A DNA stretch of 64,000 nt, taken from positions 122,488 to 186,487 of the forward strand of contig PMSN01000029.1 of assembly GCA_003167555.1 (NCBI GenBank), in the 5' to 3' direction. Shown here in pieces: positions 24,971 through 35,200 of the stretch. The position numbers were made by a program, and so were the translations under genes. The notes below the pieces were generated by a model. It had not been told where the DNA came from. It ran no database searches and saw nothing but the letters and a program-made list of their open reading frames with translations. This stretch comes from Spartobacteria bacterium. Its GTDB lineage: Bacteria; Verrucomicrobiota; Verrucomicrobiia; Chthoniobacterales; UBA10450. Numbering within the stretch: the first letter of the stretch is position 1; each line of letters opens with the position of its first letter.

Positions 24971-27900
24971 CTACTGATTGTTGCCGGCCATTTGCGGCGC
25001 AGGCTGCTTCAGTTCGATTCGGTCGCTCACTTTCTGGATTTGTGCAGCTTGTTCCTTCAAGCTCGCGGTGAGAACATCCATGCCCTTCTGCTGCTGCACG
25101 ACGGTAGCCTTTAGTTGAGTGATGGTTGTTTCCTGTTCTTCGACCTTGCGGTGCTGTTTGAGGAACTCGTTAAGCAACATCGCGTTCACGGCTTCGTAGC
25201 GGACGCTGTACACTTTCCCTTCCGCGTCGCGCACAACCAGATCGGGATTCACCTTTTCCACTTCCTCAGCCACGAGGCCGAACTGTGGAATCCCCTTCGG
25301 ATCAATGTTGTGTTTGTAGCGGAAGGTCACTGGTTTCAGCGAGAGGATTGCTTCGCTCGCCTTGTCCATCGGCTTAATCTCGTTCTTGAATCGCTGTGAA
25401 GATGCGATCGTTCCAAGTTGACCATTCGCATTAACAATAACTGTGTCGCCGACAACAGGGGTGCCGCTAATGCCGGCGATAAACGTAGCCGTCTGCGTCC
25501 CCACCCCGCCGATGCGGATGGTGTTGGACTCGGCAGCAAAACCTGCGTTGCCGATGTCGATGTTGCTACCGCCCGTTGTCAACGCGCCGCCGGCGCTCAC
25601 ACCGATTGCAATATTGTCTTCGCCGGTATTGTTAAAGAGCGCCGCATAACCATCAGCCGTGTTGTTGGAGCCGATTGTGTTGTAATAGAGCGCTTGTAAA
25701 CCATTGGCCGTGTTGTTGGAGCCCTCTGTGTTGCTAATGAGCGCCTCGACACCGCTGGCCGTGTTGTAGGTGCCGGTTGTGTTGTTTTGGAGCGCTTGGT
25801 AACCATTGGCCGTATTGAAGTCGGCGGTTGTGTTGTATTGGAGCGCTTCAAAACCGTTGGCCGTGTTGTTGTTGCCGGTTGTGTTGCTAAAGAGCGCAAA
25901 GTCACCGTTGGCCGTATTTTGATTGCCGGTTGTGTTGTCATTGAGCGCCAAATAACCATTGGCCGTGTTGTTGGCACCGGTTGTGTTGAAGTAGAGCGCA
26001 AACTCACCGTTGGCCGTATTTTGGTTGCCGGTGGTGTTGTTATTGAGCGCTTGGTAACCATTGGCCGTGTTGTCGGCACCGGTGGTGTTGTAATAGAGCG
26101 CGTTGGCGCCATTGGCCGTATTTTGGTTGCCGGTTGTGTTGTTTTGGAGCGCCAAATAACCATTGGCCGTGTTGTTGGTGCCGGTTGTGTTGAGAAGGAG
26201 CGCCAAATAACCATTGGCCGTGTTGTTGTCGGCGGTTGTGTTGCTATAGAGCGCTTCGAAACCATTGGCCGTGTTGTTGCTGCCGGTTGTGTTGTTAGTG
26301 AGCGCACTAACACCATTGGCCGTGTTGGCACCGCCAGTGGTGTTGCTAAAGAGCGCGGCGGAACCAGTGGCCGTGTTGCTGTCGCCATTGTTGTTTTGGA
26401 GCGCTGTTGAACCAAGAGCTGTGTTATTGGCACCGGTTGTATTGCTCGAAAGGGCGTTGAGGCCTTCAGCCGTGTTGCCGCTGCCCAAGTCTCCGTCGAC
26501 TACTGGCGCAGCGGGACCAGTCGGGCCGATCGGGCCGTCCGCACCAGTAGCGCCAGTCGCACCATCGGTTCCATTTGTACCGTTTGTTCCGTTTGTGCCG
26601 TTTGTTCCGTCAGTGCCATTGGCACCTGTCGGACCAGTCGCACCGGTCGGGCCTTGGAAGCTGCTCGCACTGCCAGTGCCGAGTTGGCCGGTGGTCGCGT
26701 CGATGAACACGGGATTACCGCTGCTCTCATCGACTCCGTTTATGCCGGCGATGAACGTAGCGGTCTGCACTGCTGGGTGGCCGATGCGGATCGTATTGGA
26801 CTCGCCCGCAAGATCGCTGGAAGTACCATCGTTGTCGCTGTAGTTGCCGATGTCAATATTAGCAACGCCCGTGGTGAGGTTGACACCAGCAGTAAAACCC
26901 AAGGCGACGTTGAAGGAGCCGGTTGTGTTGTTAATGAGCGCGTGAAAACCGTTGGCCGTATTTTTGTCGCCATTGCTGCTTTCGAGCGCGGCAACGCCAT
27001 TGGCCGTGTTGAAGGAGCCGGTTGTGTTGCTACTGAGCGCGCTGGCACCATTGGCCGCGTTGCTGTTGCCGGTTGCGTTGCTAGTGAGCGCTCCATAACC
27101 GTTGGCCGTGTTGCTGCTGCCGGCTGTGTTGCTATTGAGCGCATAGGCACCATTGGCCGCGTTGCTGCTGCCGGCTGTGTTGCTATAGAGCGCTAGATAA
27201 CCATTGGCCGTGTTGTAGTTGCCATTGTTGTTATAGAGCACAAAATTACCGTTGGCCGTGTTGCCGGTGCCGGTTGTGTTGAAACTGAGCGCGTTAAAAC
27301 CATTGGCCGTGTTGAAGTCGGCATTGTTGCTTCCGAGCGCGTTAACGCCATTGGCCGTATTTTGCTGGCCGGTTGTGTTGCTATAGAGCGCCTGAAAACC
27401 GTTGGCCGTGTTGTAGTCGCCATTGTTGAAGTAGAGCGCATGTACCCCGTTGGCCGTGTTGTAGCCGCCGGTTGTGTTGCTAAAGAGCGCTTCAAAACCG
27501 TTGGCCGTGTTGTTGAAACCGATGGTGTTGCTAAAGAGCGCGTTATTACCCATGGCCGTGTTGTTGATCCCACCACTTGGGCCATCAACACTCGAAAGTG
27601 CGCCTGTTCCTTCAGCGGTGTTACCATTGCCCAAGTCTCCATCCACGACTGGCGCAGCGGGACCAGTCGGGCCGATCGGGCCGTCCGCACCAGTAGCGCC
27701 AGTCGCACCATCGGTTCCATTCGTTCCGTTTGTGCCTGCAGTGCCACTGGATCCGGTTGGTCCTGTGGCGCCGTTTGTGCCGTTTGTTCCATTCGTTCCT
27801 GCAGTGCCAGTAGCGCCAGTCGCACCGTTTGTTCCATTGGTTCCCGCCGTGCCAGTCGGGCCAGTCGCACCATTGGTTCCATTCGTTCCGTTTGTGCCTG

Positions 27901-28774
27901 CAGTGCCACTGGGTCCGGTTGGTCCTGTGGCGCCGTTTGTTCCATTCGTTCCTGCAGTGCCAGTGGCGCCAGTCGCACCGTTCGTTCCATTGGTTCCCGC
28001 CGTGCCAGTCGGGCCAGTCGCGCCATTGGTTCCATTCGTTCCGTTTGTGCCTGCAGTGCCACTGGGTCCGGTTGGTCCTGTGGCGCCGTTTGTGCCGTTA
28101 GTTCCGTTGGTTCCTGCAGTGCCAGTGGCGCCAGTCGCACCGTTCGTTCCATTGGTTCCCGCTAACCCAGTAGCGCCGGTTGGACCGGTCGGGCCGGTAG
28201 GTCCCGTGGCGCCCGTGTTGCTGCTGGGCGGATCCAGATCGTACACTTCCACTAACCCGATGCCCGCGGTGTTGTTTTTCCCGGCAATAATGGCGGTATA
28301 ATCGGCATTGGATGCCAGGGTGATGAGAATGGCGGATTCCCGTGGATCGCTCGGCGCCAGGCCAGTGGCCCGGATGTCATCGGCGTTGGCTGCATCCATC
28401 CAGTTGTCATTGGAGGTGATGAGCGCGCCGTTGCTGTCATGCAGCTCGAGGGTGGGATCCATCAACCGCCCGGACACCGGTGTGCTGTTGGCTTGAAGCG
28501 AAGGACCAAGCCCGCGGATGATGACGCGTTTGGTCGCCCCAGCCCCTGCTCCCGAATCGCTTCGGATGATGAATCCACCTATCCCGACATTGTCTCCCGT
28601 TCCCACAGCACTGCGGGCCGAAAGATTGGCCAGGGTTGTTGCTGTCGCTGCGGTCTCGCTGGTCGTGAGATCGGTTACCGTCTTATCGGCTGCCGGTGTC
28701 TTTGCGAAAGCGAAATGCGAAAAGGACGACAGAGCGCTAATGAGTAGAATAGTTTTGAAATGATGAACTTTCAT
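24971..28774 (-). CDS. secreted fibre-like protein: N-terminal single NISTR-type module, two collagen-like GXT tracts, two NTANG-repeat blocks, C-terminal S74 (tail-fibre intramolecular chaperone) domain
   Basis: Signal peptide [24 protein letters not shown]. The module [23 protein letters not shown]...NDNWMDA...[11 protein letters not shown] lies at about 28228-28640. The protein has G-X-T triplets ([25 protein letters not shown]...) and NTANG..AL.SNTTG repeats. The C-terminus [30 protein letters not shown]...[16 protein letters not shown]...[14 protein letters not shown] matches the Peptidase_S74 chaperone domain and is followed by a coiled coil. Confidence 0.85.
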   Translation of the reverse strand: MKVHHFKTILLISALSSFSHFAFAKTPAADKTVTDLTTSETAATATTLANLSARSAVGTGDNVGIGGFIIRSDSGAGAGATKRVIIRGLGPSLQANSTPVSGRLMDPTLELHDSNGALITSNDNWMDAANADDIRATGLAPSDPRESAILITLASNADYTAIIAGKNNTAGIGLVEVYDLDPPSSNTGATGPTGPTGPTGATGLAGTNGTNGATGATGTAGTNGTNGTNGATGPTGPSGTAGTNGTNGTNGATGPTGTAGTNGTNGATGATGTAGTNGTNGATGPTGPSGTAGTNGTNGTNGATGPTGTAGTNGTNGATGATGTAGTNGTNGTNGATGPTGSSGTAGTNGTNGTDGATGATGADGPIGPTGPAAPVVDGDLGNGNTAEGTGALSSVDGPSGGINNTAMGNNALFSNTIGFNNTANGFEALFSNTTGGYNTANGVHALYFNNGDYNTANGFQALYSNTTGQQNTANGVNALGSNNADFNTANGFNALSFNTTGTGNTANGNFVLYNNNGNYNTANGYLALYSNTAGSSNAANGAYALNSNTAGSSNTANGYGALTSNATGNSNAANGASALSSNTTGSFNTANGVAALESSNGDKNTANGFHALINNTTGSFNVALGFTAGVNLTTGVANIDIGNYSDNDGTSSDLAGESNTIRIGHPAVQTATFIAGINGVDESSGNPVFIDATTGQLGTGSASSFQGPTGATGPTGANGTDGTNGTNGTNGTNGTDGATGATGADGPIGPTGPAAPVVDGDLGSGNTAEGLNALSSNTTGANNTALGSTALQNNNGDSNTATGSAALFSNTTGGANTANGVSALTNNTTGSNNTANGFEALYSNTTADNNTANGYLALLLNTTGTNNTANGYLALQNNTTGNQNTANGANALYYNTTGADNTANGYQALNNNTTGNQNTANGEFALYFNTTGANNTANGYLALNDNTTGNQNTANGDFALFSNTTGNNNTANGFEALQYNTTADFNTANGYQALQNNTTGTYNTASGVEALISNTEGSNNTANGLQALYYNTIGSNNTADGYAALFNNTGEDNIAIGVSAGGALTTGGSNIDIGNAGFAAESNTIRIGGVGTQTATFIAGISGTPVVGDTVIVNANGQLGTIASSQRFKNEIKPMDKASEAILSLKPVTFRYKHNIDPKGIPQFGLVAEEVEKVNPDLVVRDAEGKVYSVRYEAVNAMLLNEFLKQHRKVEEQETTITQLKATVVQQQKGMDVLTASLKEQAAQIQKVSDRIELKQPAPQMAGNNQ

Positions 28775-29186
28775 AGATCTTCAGAGGCCCAACTTTTAGA
28801 TGAGCTTTCTTCCGCCCCGGTGGTTACCCCTGCGACTGCAGGTCTGAAAGAGGGTAAGAAGCTACCGGAAAAAGCGTCTTATGCCGGGTCCAGATCTATG
28901 TGATGGCGGCGAGTTTTGAACAAAGCTCCGCCATTCGTCAATCTAATAATCATAGATCTCTCGACAGCGAGCGGCGCTACATTAAAACAAACTGGAGATG
29001 AAGGGCGCGAGGGCTGAGCCTTCGGTCAGGACGAGGATCAAGCCAAGCGTCAGGAGCAGGATAACGACGGGCGCGGGCCATTCAGGTTCTGCGTCCAAAC
29101 GATCGAGGCCAGGCCGAGGCACGTTCGATCAAGGATTTTCGTTTCCCTAAGGAGAGGGCGTTTCCCGCGAGAGCCGTTTCCTTCCG

Positions 29187-29226
29187 GGGTAAAATGAGAA
29201 GCGCCCCGTTGTGCACGGGCGCTCTC
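29187..29226 (-). terminator. candidate rho-independent terminator downstream of the 29423 gene
   Basis: On the minus strand, gagagcgccc-gtgcacaac-ggggcgcttctc forms a ~10-bp stem with one bulge, followed by ATTTTA. Confidence 0.4.
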
Positions 29227-29422
29227 GATGTTGTCGTCGCGGGCGTTTGGCCGACGGTGTATTTCAGTTCTTCCGATAGCCGTTGAGCACTAATTCACCG
29301 TACTTTTTCATGCTCGCCGAGTTTGATTCAATGACACGCTACGCTGCTTCTACGCAGTCAGGCTGCGCTCGTCCCTCGCTTCGCCTCGCCCTGCTCCGGG
29401 CAGCTCCGCTCTCCCGTTCGGC

Positions 29423-31366
29423 TCACGGCTGACCTGGGGACAGGACAACCCGGAAACCGTAGTCGTCGGAGGCGACGCCTGGGTCGTCGTTGTAGCGCTG
29501 CGCCGACCGGCAGTAGTCCGCGCCGTAGAAGTACCAACTGCCGCCGCGGAGGACGCGGCGCGAGAACAGCCCTGGACCTTGCGGGTCAGTCACACTCCCG
29601 CCGGGATAAGTGCCATAAAAGTCCTGACACCACTCCCACACATTCCCGTGCATATCCATCAGCCCCCACGGATTCGCCAGCTTCTGCTCGACCGGATGCG
29701 TCGTGCCGCCACTGTTGGCAGAATACCATGCGTAGTTGGCCAGGGCTGCGAAGCTCAAATCATCGCCGTAACCAAACCGTGTCGTCCTTGCCCCAGCCCG
29801 GGCGCAATACTCCCATTCCGCCTCCGTCGGCAGCCGATATCCCCACCCAGCCGGTATCCGCCCTGCCGTTCGCTCGCTCGCCGTCAGCGTCGTGCAATAG
29901 GCCACCGCAGAAGTCCAACTGACTTCCTCCACCGGCCGGTTCGTGTCGCCCGTGAAATTGCTCGGATTGGAGCCAGTCACCGCCAGGTATTCGGCTTGCG
30001 TCACCTCGTGTGCCCCCATCCAGAAGCCATTGGTGAGGGTGACCACCGTCTGCGGACGCTCGTCGCCACTACTACTCGGGTCGCTCACGGGGCTACCCAT
30101 GATGAAGGTGCCTCGCTTGATCCAGACCATCCCCAGAACCGGCGTGACGTTGGTCGGCGACTCGGCGGCCACATCACCCGCGAGTCCAGTCGCGCCCGTC
30201 GCTCCATTGGTTCCGTTTGTACCCGCAGTCCCAGTCGGTCCTGTTGCACCTGTCGATCCATTTGTTCCGTTTGTTCCTGCAGTGCCAGTGGCGCCGGTCG
30301 CGCCAGTATTACCCGGCACACCAGTCTGTCCAGTGGGCCCAGTCGGACCAGTTGCGCCAGTCGCTCCATTGGTCCCGTTGGTTCCCGCAGTGCCAGTGGC
30401 TCCTGTTGCACCAGTCACGCCGACATTGCCCTGAGACCCGGTTGCACCAGTCGCTCCGGCAATGCCCTGAGACCCGGTCGCTCCGGTTTCACCCGCAGTG
30501 CCAGTGGGACCAGTCGCTCCATTGGTTCCGTTGGTTCCCGCAGTGCCAGTGATGCCGGTTGCGCCCGTGTTTCCTGGCACACCTTGAGATCCGGTCGGGC
30601 CAGTCGCACCATTGGTTCCATTCGTACCGTTTATGCCCGCAGTACCACTGGGTCCGGTTGGTCCTGTGGCGCCGTTTGTTCCATTCGTTCCATTCGTTCC
30701 TGCAGTGCCAGTGGGACCCGTCGGGCCAGTCGAGCCATTGACGCCGTTAGTTCCATTGGTTCCAGCTAACCCCGTAGCTCCGGTTGGGCCGGTCGGGCCG
30801 GTAGGTCCCGTGGCGCCCGTGGTGCTGCTGGGCGGGTCCAGATCATACATCTCCACTAATCCGATACCCGTGCTGTTGTTTTTCCCGGCAATAATGGCGG
30901 TGTAATTGGCGTCCGATGCCAGAGTGATAAGAATGGCCGCTTCCCGTGGATCGCTCGGCGCCAGCCCAGTCGCCCGGATATCACTGGCATTGGACGCGTC
31001 CATCCAGTTGTCATTGGATGTGATGAGCGTGCCGTTGATATCATGCAGCTCCAGGGTGGGATCCATCAAACGCCCGGAGATTGGTGTGCCGTTGACTTGA
31101 AGCGAAGGACCACGCCCAAGGATGATGACGCGTTTGGTCGCCCCAGCTCCTGCTCCCGAATCGCCTCGGATAATGAATCCAGCTATTCCTATACTGTCTC
31201 CCGTCCCTACAGCGACCCTAGCCGATATGTTGGCCAAGGTTGCGTTGCCCGTTCCCGCGAGGGACGTGCTCTCCAGATCGCTGGCTTTCAATGGCGTCGG
31301 AAAGTTTGCCAGCGACAGAGCAAGTGCAGCGACTATCAGGATAATTCTCGGGTGGGTTGAGTTCAT
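29423..31366 (-). CDS. secreted protein: N-terminal single NISTR-type module, collagen-like GXT tract, C-terminal FGE-sulfatase (SUMF1-like) domain
   Basis: ATG at 31366 gives [28 protein letters not shown]. The module lies at about 30836-31245, followed by ~200 aa of G-X-Y triplets. The C-terminus [12 protein letters not shown]...[23 protein letters not shown]...PVEEVSW..AVAYC...[16 protein letters not shown]...[18 protein letters not shown]...RVLRGGSW is the FGE-sulfatase fold signature. Confidence 0.85.
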   Translation of the reverse strand: MNSTHPRIILIVAALALSLANFPTPLKASDLESTSLAGTGNATLANISARVAVGTGDSIGIAGFIIRGDSGAGAGATKRVIILGRGPSLQVNGTPISGRLMDPTLELHDINGTLITSNDNWMDASNASDIRATGLAPSDPREAAILITLASDANYTAIIAGKNNSTGIGLVEMYDLDPPSSTTGATGPTGPTGPTGATGLAGTNGTNGVNGSTGPTGPTGTAGTNGTNGTNGATGPTGPSGTAGINGTNGTNGATGPTGSQGVPGNTGATGITGTAGTNGTNGATGPTGTAGETGATGSQGIAGATGATGSQGNVGVTGATGATGTAGTNGTNGATGATGPTGPTGQTGVPGNTGATGATGTAGTNGTNGSTGATGPTGTAGTNGTNGATGATGLAGDVAAESPTNVTPVLGMVWIKRGTFIMGSPVSDPSSSGDERPQTVVTLTNGFWMGAHEVTQAEYLAVTGSNPSNFTGDTNRPVEEVSWTSAVAYCTTLTASERTAGRIPAGWGYRLPTEAEWEYCARAGARTTRFGYGDDLSFAALANYAWYSANSGGTTHPVEQKLANPWGLMDMHGNVWEWCQDFYGTYPGGSVTDPQGPGLFSRRVLRGGSWYFYGADYCRSAQRYNDDPGVASDDYGFRVVLSPGQP

Positions 31367-31914
31367 GTTTGTTTCGGCGAGCTGGAGTTTGATTTTCTGC
31401 AATCCATTCCCGCGCGGAAACCGGAAGCATCCTGATAAGGCTGCAGAAACATTCACCTCACTTCGGCTGACTCGGGGCTCCAGTTGGATCTGGAGATCGC
31501 GTAAAGCGGCTTCCCAGCGGAGGTCCAGCTTCCGAACTTAATCAGCCCGGCCGAAGATTCGTTGAAACGTCGGGTGACGTAATCAGGTGGAAGTGTTTCG
31601 TCTGGTTACAGCGTGGACTCACCTTCTTTTGGCTTTTCCTGTGCATACATTGTCCGGGAGCCCGCGCCTCAGCGGCCGAAGCTGAGCGTTTTTCAGCGCC
31701 GAGAGCGAGTCGGCATTCAATGACCCTTCGCGCTTGATAAATCCCGCTCCACCCCGATATTTTTCGCTCGCAGTTGAGCGTTTTGAGATCGGCGAAAGCG
31801 GATTCTCAGTTCGTTTAATTACGACTTTTCTGGACAGGAGTGGACTGACGGAAAATCACCGGGGGGCAAAACGGGTGGACCCTCGTTCATCAGGCAGAAG
31901 CAAATTCTCCGACT

Positions 31915-32118
31915 ATGATCTCCGCCTCCGGACAATTAGGCGCACAGCCGAGGACAAGACTAGCCTATTCAAGAGGCGAACTGGCTTCCTTACTCGGCGT
32001 CTCCGTCCGTAGTCTGCAGCGGCTTGAGGATCGTGGATTGATTAGGAGTTCGAAAGCACTGCGCAAGAAAATCTATTCACATCACGAGGTGATGAGGTTT
32101 CTCGGCCACACGCGCTAA
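31915..32118 (+). CDS. small helix-turn-helix DNA-binding protein (MerR/excisionase-like)
   Basis: 67 aa. LAYSRGELASLLGVSVRSLQRLEDRGLI is a typical HTH_17/MerR-type helix-turn-helix. It is the only plus-strand gene in its neighbourhood and is flanked by a ~25-nt direct repeat. Confidence 0.5.
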   Translation: MISASGQLGAQPRTRLAYSRGELASLLGVSVRSLQRLEDRGLIRSSKALRKKIYSHHEVMRFLGHTR

Positions 32119-32201
32119 CCGGACTGAATTTTCTGCACCAGGGTGGCAAAACGGGTGGACCTCCATCGGGCCGTTGGCAGGCTCAGCGCTGGAAGCTACC
32201 G

Positions 32202-35200
32202 TCAGTTGAGTGCGTAAACTTCTACCACCGCGATGCCGGTAGTTCCGCCCGCGCCGCGGACGATGGCGGTGTAGTTCGCGGGAGTGAGCGTGCGCACGAT
32301 GGCTGACTCCACGTTATTCGGTGGCGGGATCGTGCTGTCGATGATCGCCTGTTTGTTCGGGCTATCTACCCAGTTATCATTCGCTTCCAGCAGGTTCCCA
32401 TTCGCGTCGCGCAATTCCAGGGTGGGATCGGCCATCGCTCCGGGGACACCCGTGGAAGGACCGAGCGCGCGAATGATTACTTTCTGCGAAGCTTGACCTA
32501 CTACGATCGTGCCAGCAATTAAAACGTTGTCCCCGGTCTGGACAAGACCGCGCGTGGAGATGTTCGCCAACTTGGAGCCAGCCGTACTGTCGAGATCATA
32601 CGCTTCCACCACGCCGATCCCAGTCGTGTCATTCACGCCGCGCATGATCGCGGTGTAGGCGCCGGGATTCAGATTGGTTAGAATGGCGGACTCGAAGTCG
32701 TTGGTCGGCGGAATGGTGCTGTCGATAATCTCCTGGCGGTTGGGCGCGTCGTTCCAGTTATCGTTTGTAGCGATGGGTTGCCCGTTGGCGTATAACTCCA
32801 GAACCGGATCATTCAGGTGGCCGTCAATGGGCAGGGAAGGTCCGATCGCGCGCAGGAGCACTTTCTTTTGTCCTGTTCCGGTGATGATGAAGCCGCCGAT
32901 GAGCGCGTTATCTCCTGATTCCACGCGAAGGCGCGTCGAAATGTTTGCCAGAACGGTAGGCGCTGCGCCGATGATTCTCGCCAGCGCGAGGCGAGCCGCG
33001 CCGTTGACGATGTTGAATTCACCGCCAATAACGACGTTACCGCCGGGCTGCAGAGCGATGGCATTGACATTGGTAGACATCCCTTCGACACCTGTGCCGG
33101 TTTGAGGCAAGGAGCTATCCAGGCTGCCGTCCGCGTTCAGGCGAAAGATGCGGTTCGGTGGCGGAACACCCGTGTCACCACTATCGTAGCGTCCGGCGAC
33201 GATCTTGCCGTCCAATTGCAGGGCAAGCGCGCGGATTTCGCGCTGCTCTATGTCAGCCGGATTGGCGGGCGCAAAGGAAGTGTCGAGACTGCCGTCGGGG
33301 TTTACTCGAGCGATGTGGTTTCTGGGTGTGCCATTGTAGTTATTAAACTTACCACTGATAAGGATCTTCCCATCGGGCTGGAGAAGGAGCGCCCAGACCG
33401 TGTTATCGGGGCCGTCGCCGGAATTGAAGGTCGTATCAAAGCTTCCATCCGCGTTCAATCTCCCGAGGCGTTCCAACTTCCCGCCGGGGACCCGGAAGAG
33501 CCCGCCGATGACAATACGTCCATCCGGTTGAAGCGCGATTTCAGTGGCGCCGCCATTTGGTAACGGAGCGGAGAAAGTAGTGTCGCGGCTGCCATCGGGG
33601 TTAAGACGGACCACGCCTGGGAAGCCACTTGGATCATAACCAGAAGTCAGGATCTTCCCGTCCGGTTGGATCGCGATCGGCCCTGAGAAGAGCTGCAAGC
33701 TTGGGTTCGTTGAAAGATTGAAGGTCGAATCGATCGTGCCGTCGGGATTAAGCCGCGTGCACTGAAACTCCGCGTTACTGGTCGGTCCGATGAGTCTGAA
33801 GGTGCCGGAAAGAACAATCTTACCGTCGGCTTGCAGCGCGATGCTTTGGACGACGGATCCGTTGTCGAACGCCGTCGTGAACGTCCCATCAGTAGTGCCG
33901 TCCGGGTTAAGGCGACCGAGGCCGCCGATGCGCAAGTTATTCAGCTTCGTGCGCGGAGGGTCACCTACCAGGCTGCCTGCTCCGTTGGTAAAGAAGCCGA
34001 CAAGGAGTTTGCCGTCCGGCTGGCGAAGAAGCGCTGAGACCTGGTTGTTGAAACCGGGACCGTTCGCGGCGAACGCTGAGTCCAGACTTCCATCCGCGTT
34101 CAGTTGGAGAATGCTTTCGGCGAAAGCGTCGTTGAAGTGATCGAACGAGCCTCCGATTACCACCTTGCCGTTTCCGAACAGAGCGACGGCATCCACCGTT
34201 CCGCCGCCGAGAGACCGGTTTGGATTAAGAGTTCCGCTACCGACGTTAAAGGAGCTATCGACTGTTCCATCTGTGTTCAGGCGCACGACGTCGGCACTGG
34301 TGGCAGGGCTACCTATTTCAAAATCACCCACCGCAATAATCTTGCCGTCCGCCTGTAACGCAAGCCCTTTCCCGTTGCCCGAAATACCAGAAGCGTTAGC
34401 ATAAGTGTCGTGGCTGCCGTCGGAATTAAGACGCGCAAACGGCGGAATGGTCTTGGTCGGATCCGCGGATTTTAACCCACCGCCGACCACGATCTTTCCG
34501 TCGGCCTGCAAAGCCAGTCCGTTCACGCTGGTAGTGAAACCGAACCCGCTTGATGGCACGCCGGCTGTCACGACGTTGAAGGTTGAATCAAGACTGCCGT
34601 CGGAGTTAAACCGTGTGATGCCGAATTGGACTGGAATACCGCTCTGTGTTTGATAGTCAATCTTCTGGAATCCGCCACCGACTACGACCTTGCCATCTGA
34701 TTGCAGCGCCAGCGCATTAACGTCGCCGTTAGGTCCGCCGTTCGCCGCCACGAACGATGCATCTACGCTCCCATCCGCATTCAATCGTGCCAGGCTCGCC
34801 CTCGTTCCGGCATTGCTATAAAGAAACTCTCCGCCGATCAGGATCTTTCCATCCGGCTGAAGGGCGATCGCGAAGACGCCGGGGAAAGTTCCCGCATTGG
34901 AGTCCAGCGCGCTTGTATCAAAAGTAGGATCAGGCGTGCCGTCTGAATTAAGGCGAAAAATGATCCTGGCATTCGATACGAAGCCCTGATACTGCACGCC
35001 AACGAGAATTTTACCGTCGGGCTGTAAGGCCAGCGATTTCACCATGCCGCCGACCAGCGCGCCGCCAACGGCTCGCGTCAGGGCCAGGCCCGGATCAAAA
35101 GTAGCGTCACAACTGCCATCCGGATTGATTCGCGCGATGCCACGCCTGGCGCTACCTCCGAAACTGGTGAAAAGGCCGCCGACCAGAGTCTTGCCATCCG

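Noticed and set aside
25400-28300. Strong short-period repetition, plus many alternative-frame ORFs in the track, that could at first glance suggest a CRISPR-like or satellite array.
   Set aside because: The periodicity is 9 nt (G-X-Y triplets) and ~45-60 nt (NTANG units) within one continuous 1267-aa reading frame. There are no unique spacers between constant repeats and no cas genes.
24971-28774. Prophage or tailocin interpretation of the tail-fibre-like gene.
   Set aside because: No capsid, portal, terminase, tail tube/sheath, baseplate, lysis or integrase genes are present anywhere in the window. The gene carries the same module and signal-peptide logic as its chromosomal neighbours.
28982-29098. 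A 38-codon minus-strand ORF (TTG start) encoding a hydrophobic peptide ..WPAPVVILLLTLGLILVLTEGSALAPFISSLF between the two collagen-like genes.
   Set aside because: It is too short, has a non-ATG start and no recognisable family or RBS. It could be a small membrane peptide, but the sequence alone does not support calling it.
31734-32012. 92-aa plus-strand ORF overlapping the start of the small HTH gene.
   Set aside because: It overlaps the HTH ORF in another frame. It has no recognisable motif, whereas the HTH frame has a clear helix-turn-helix signature.
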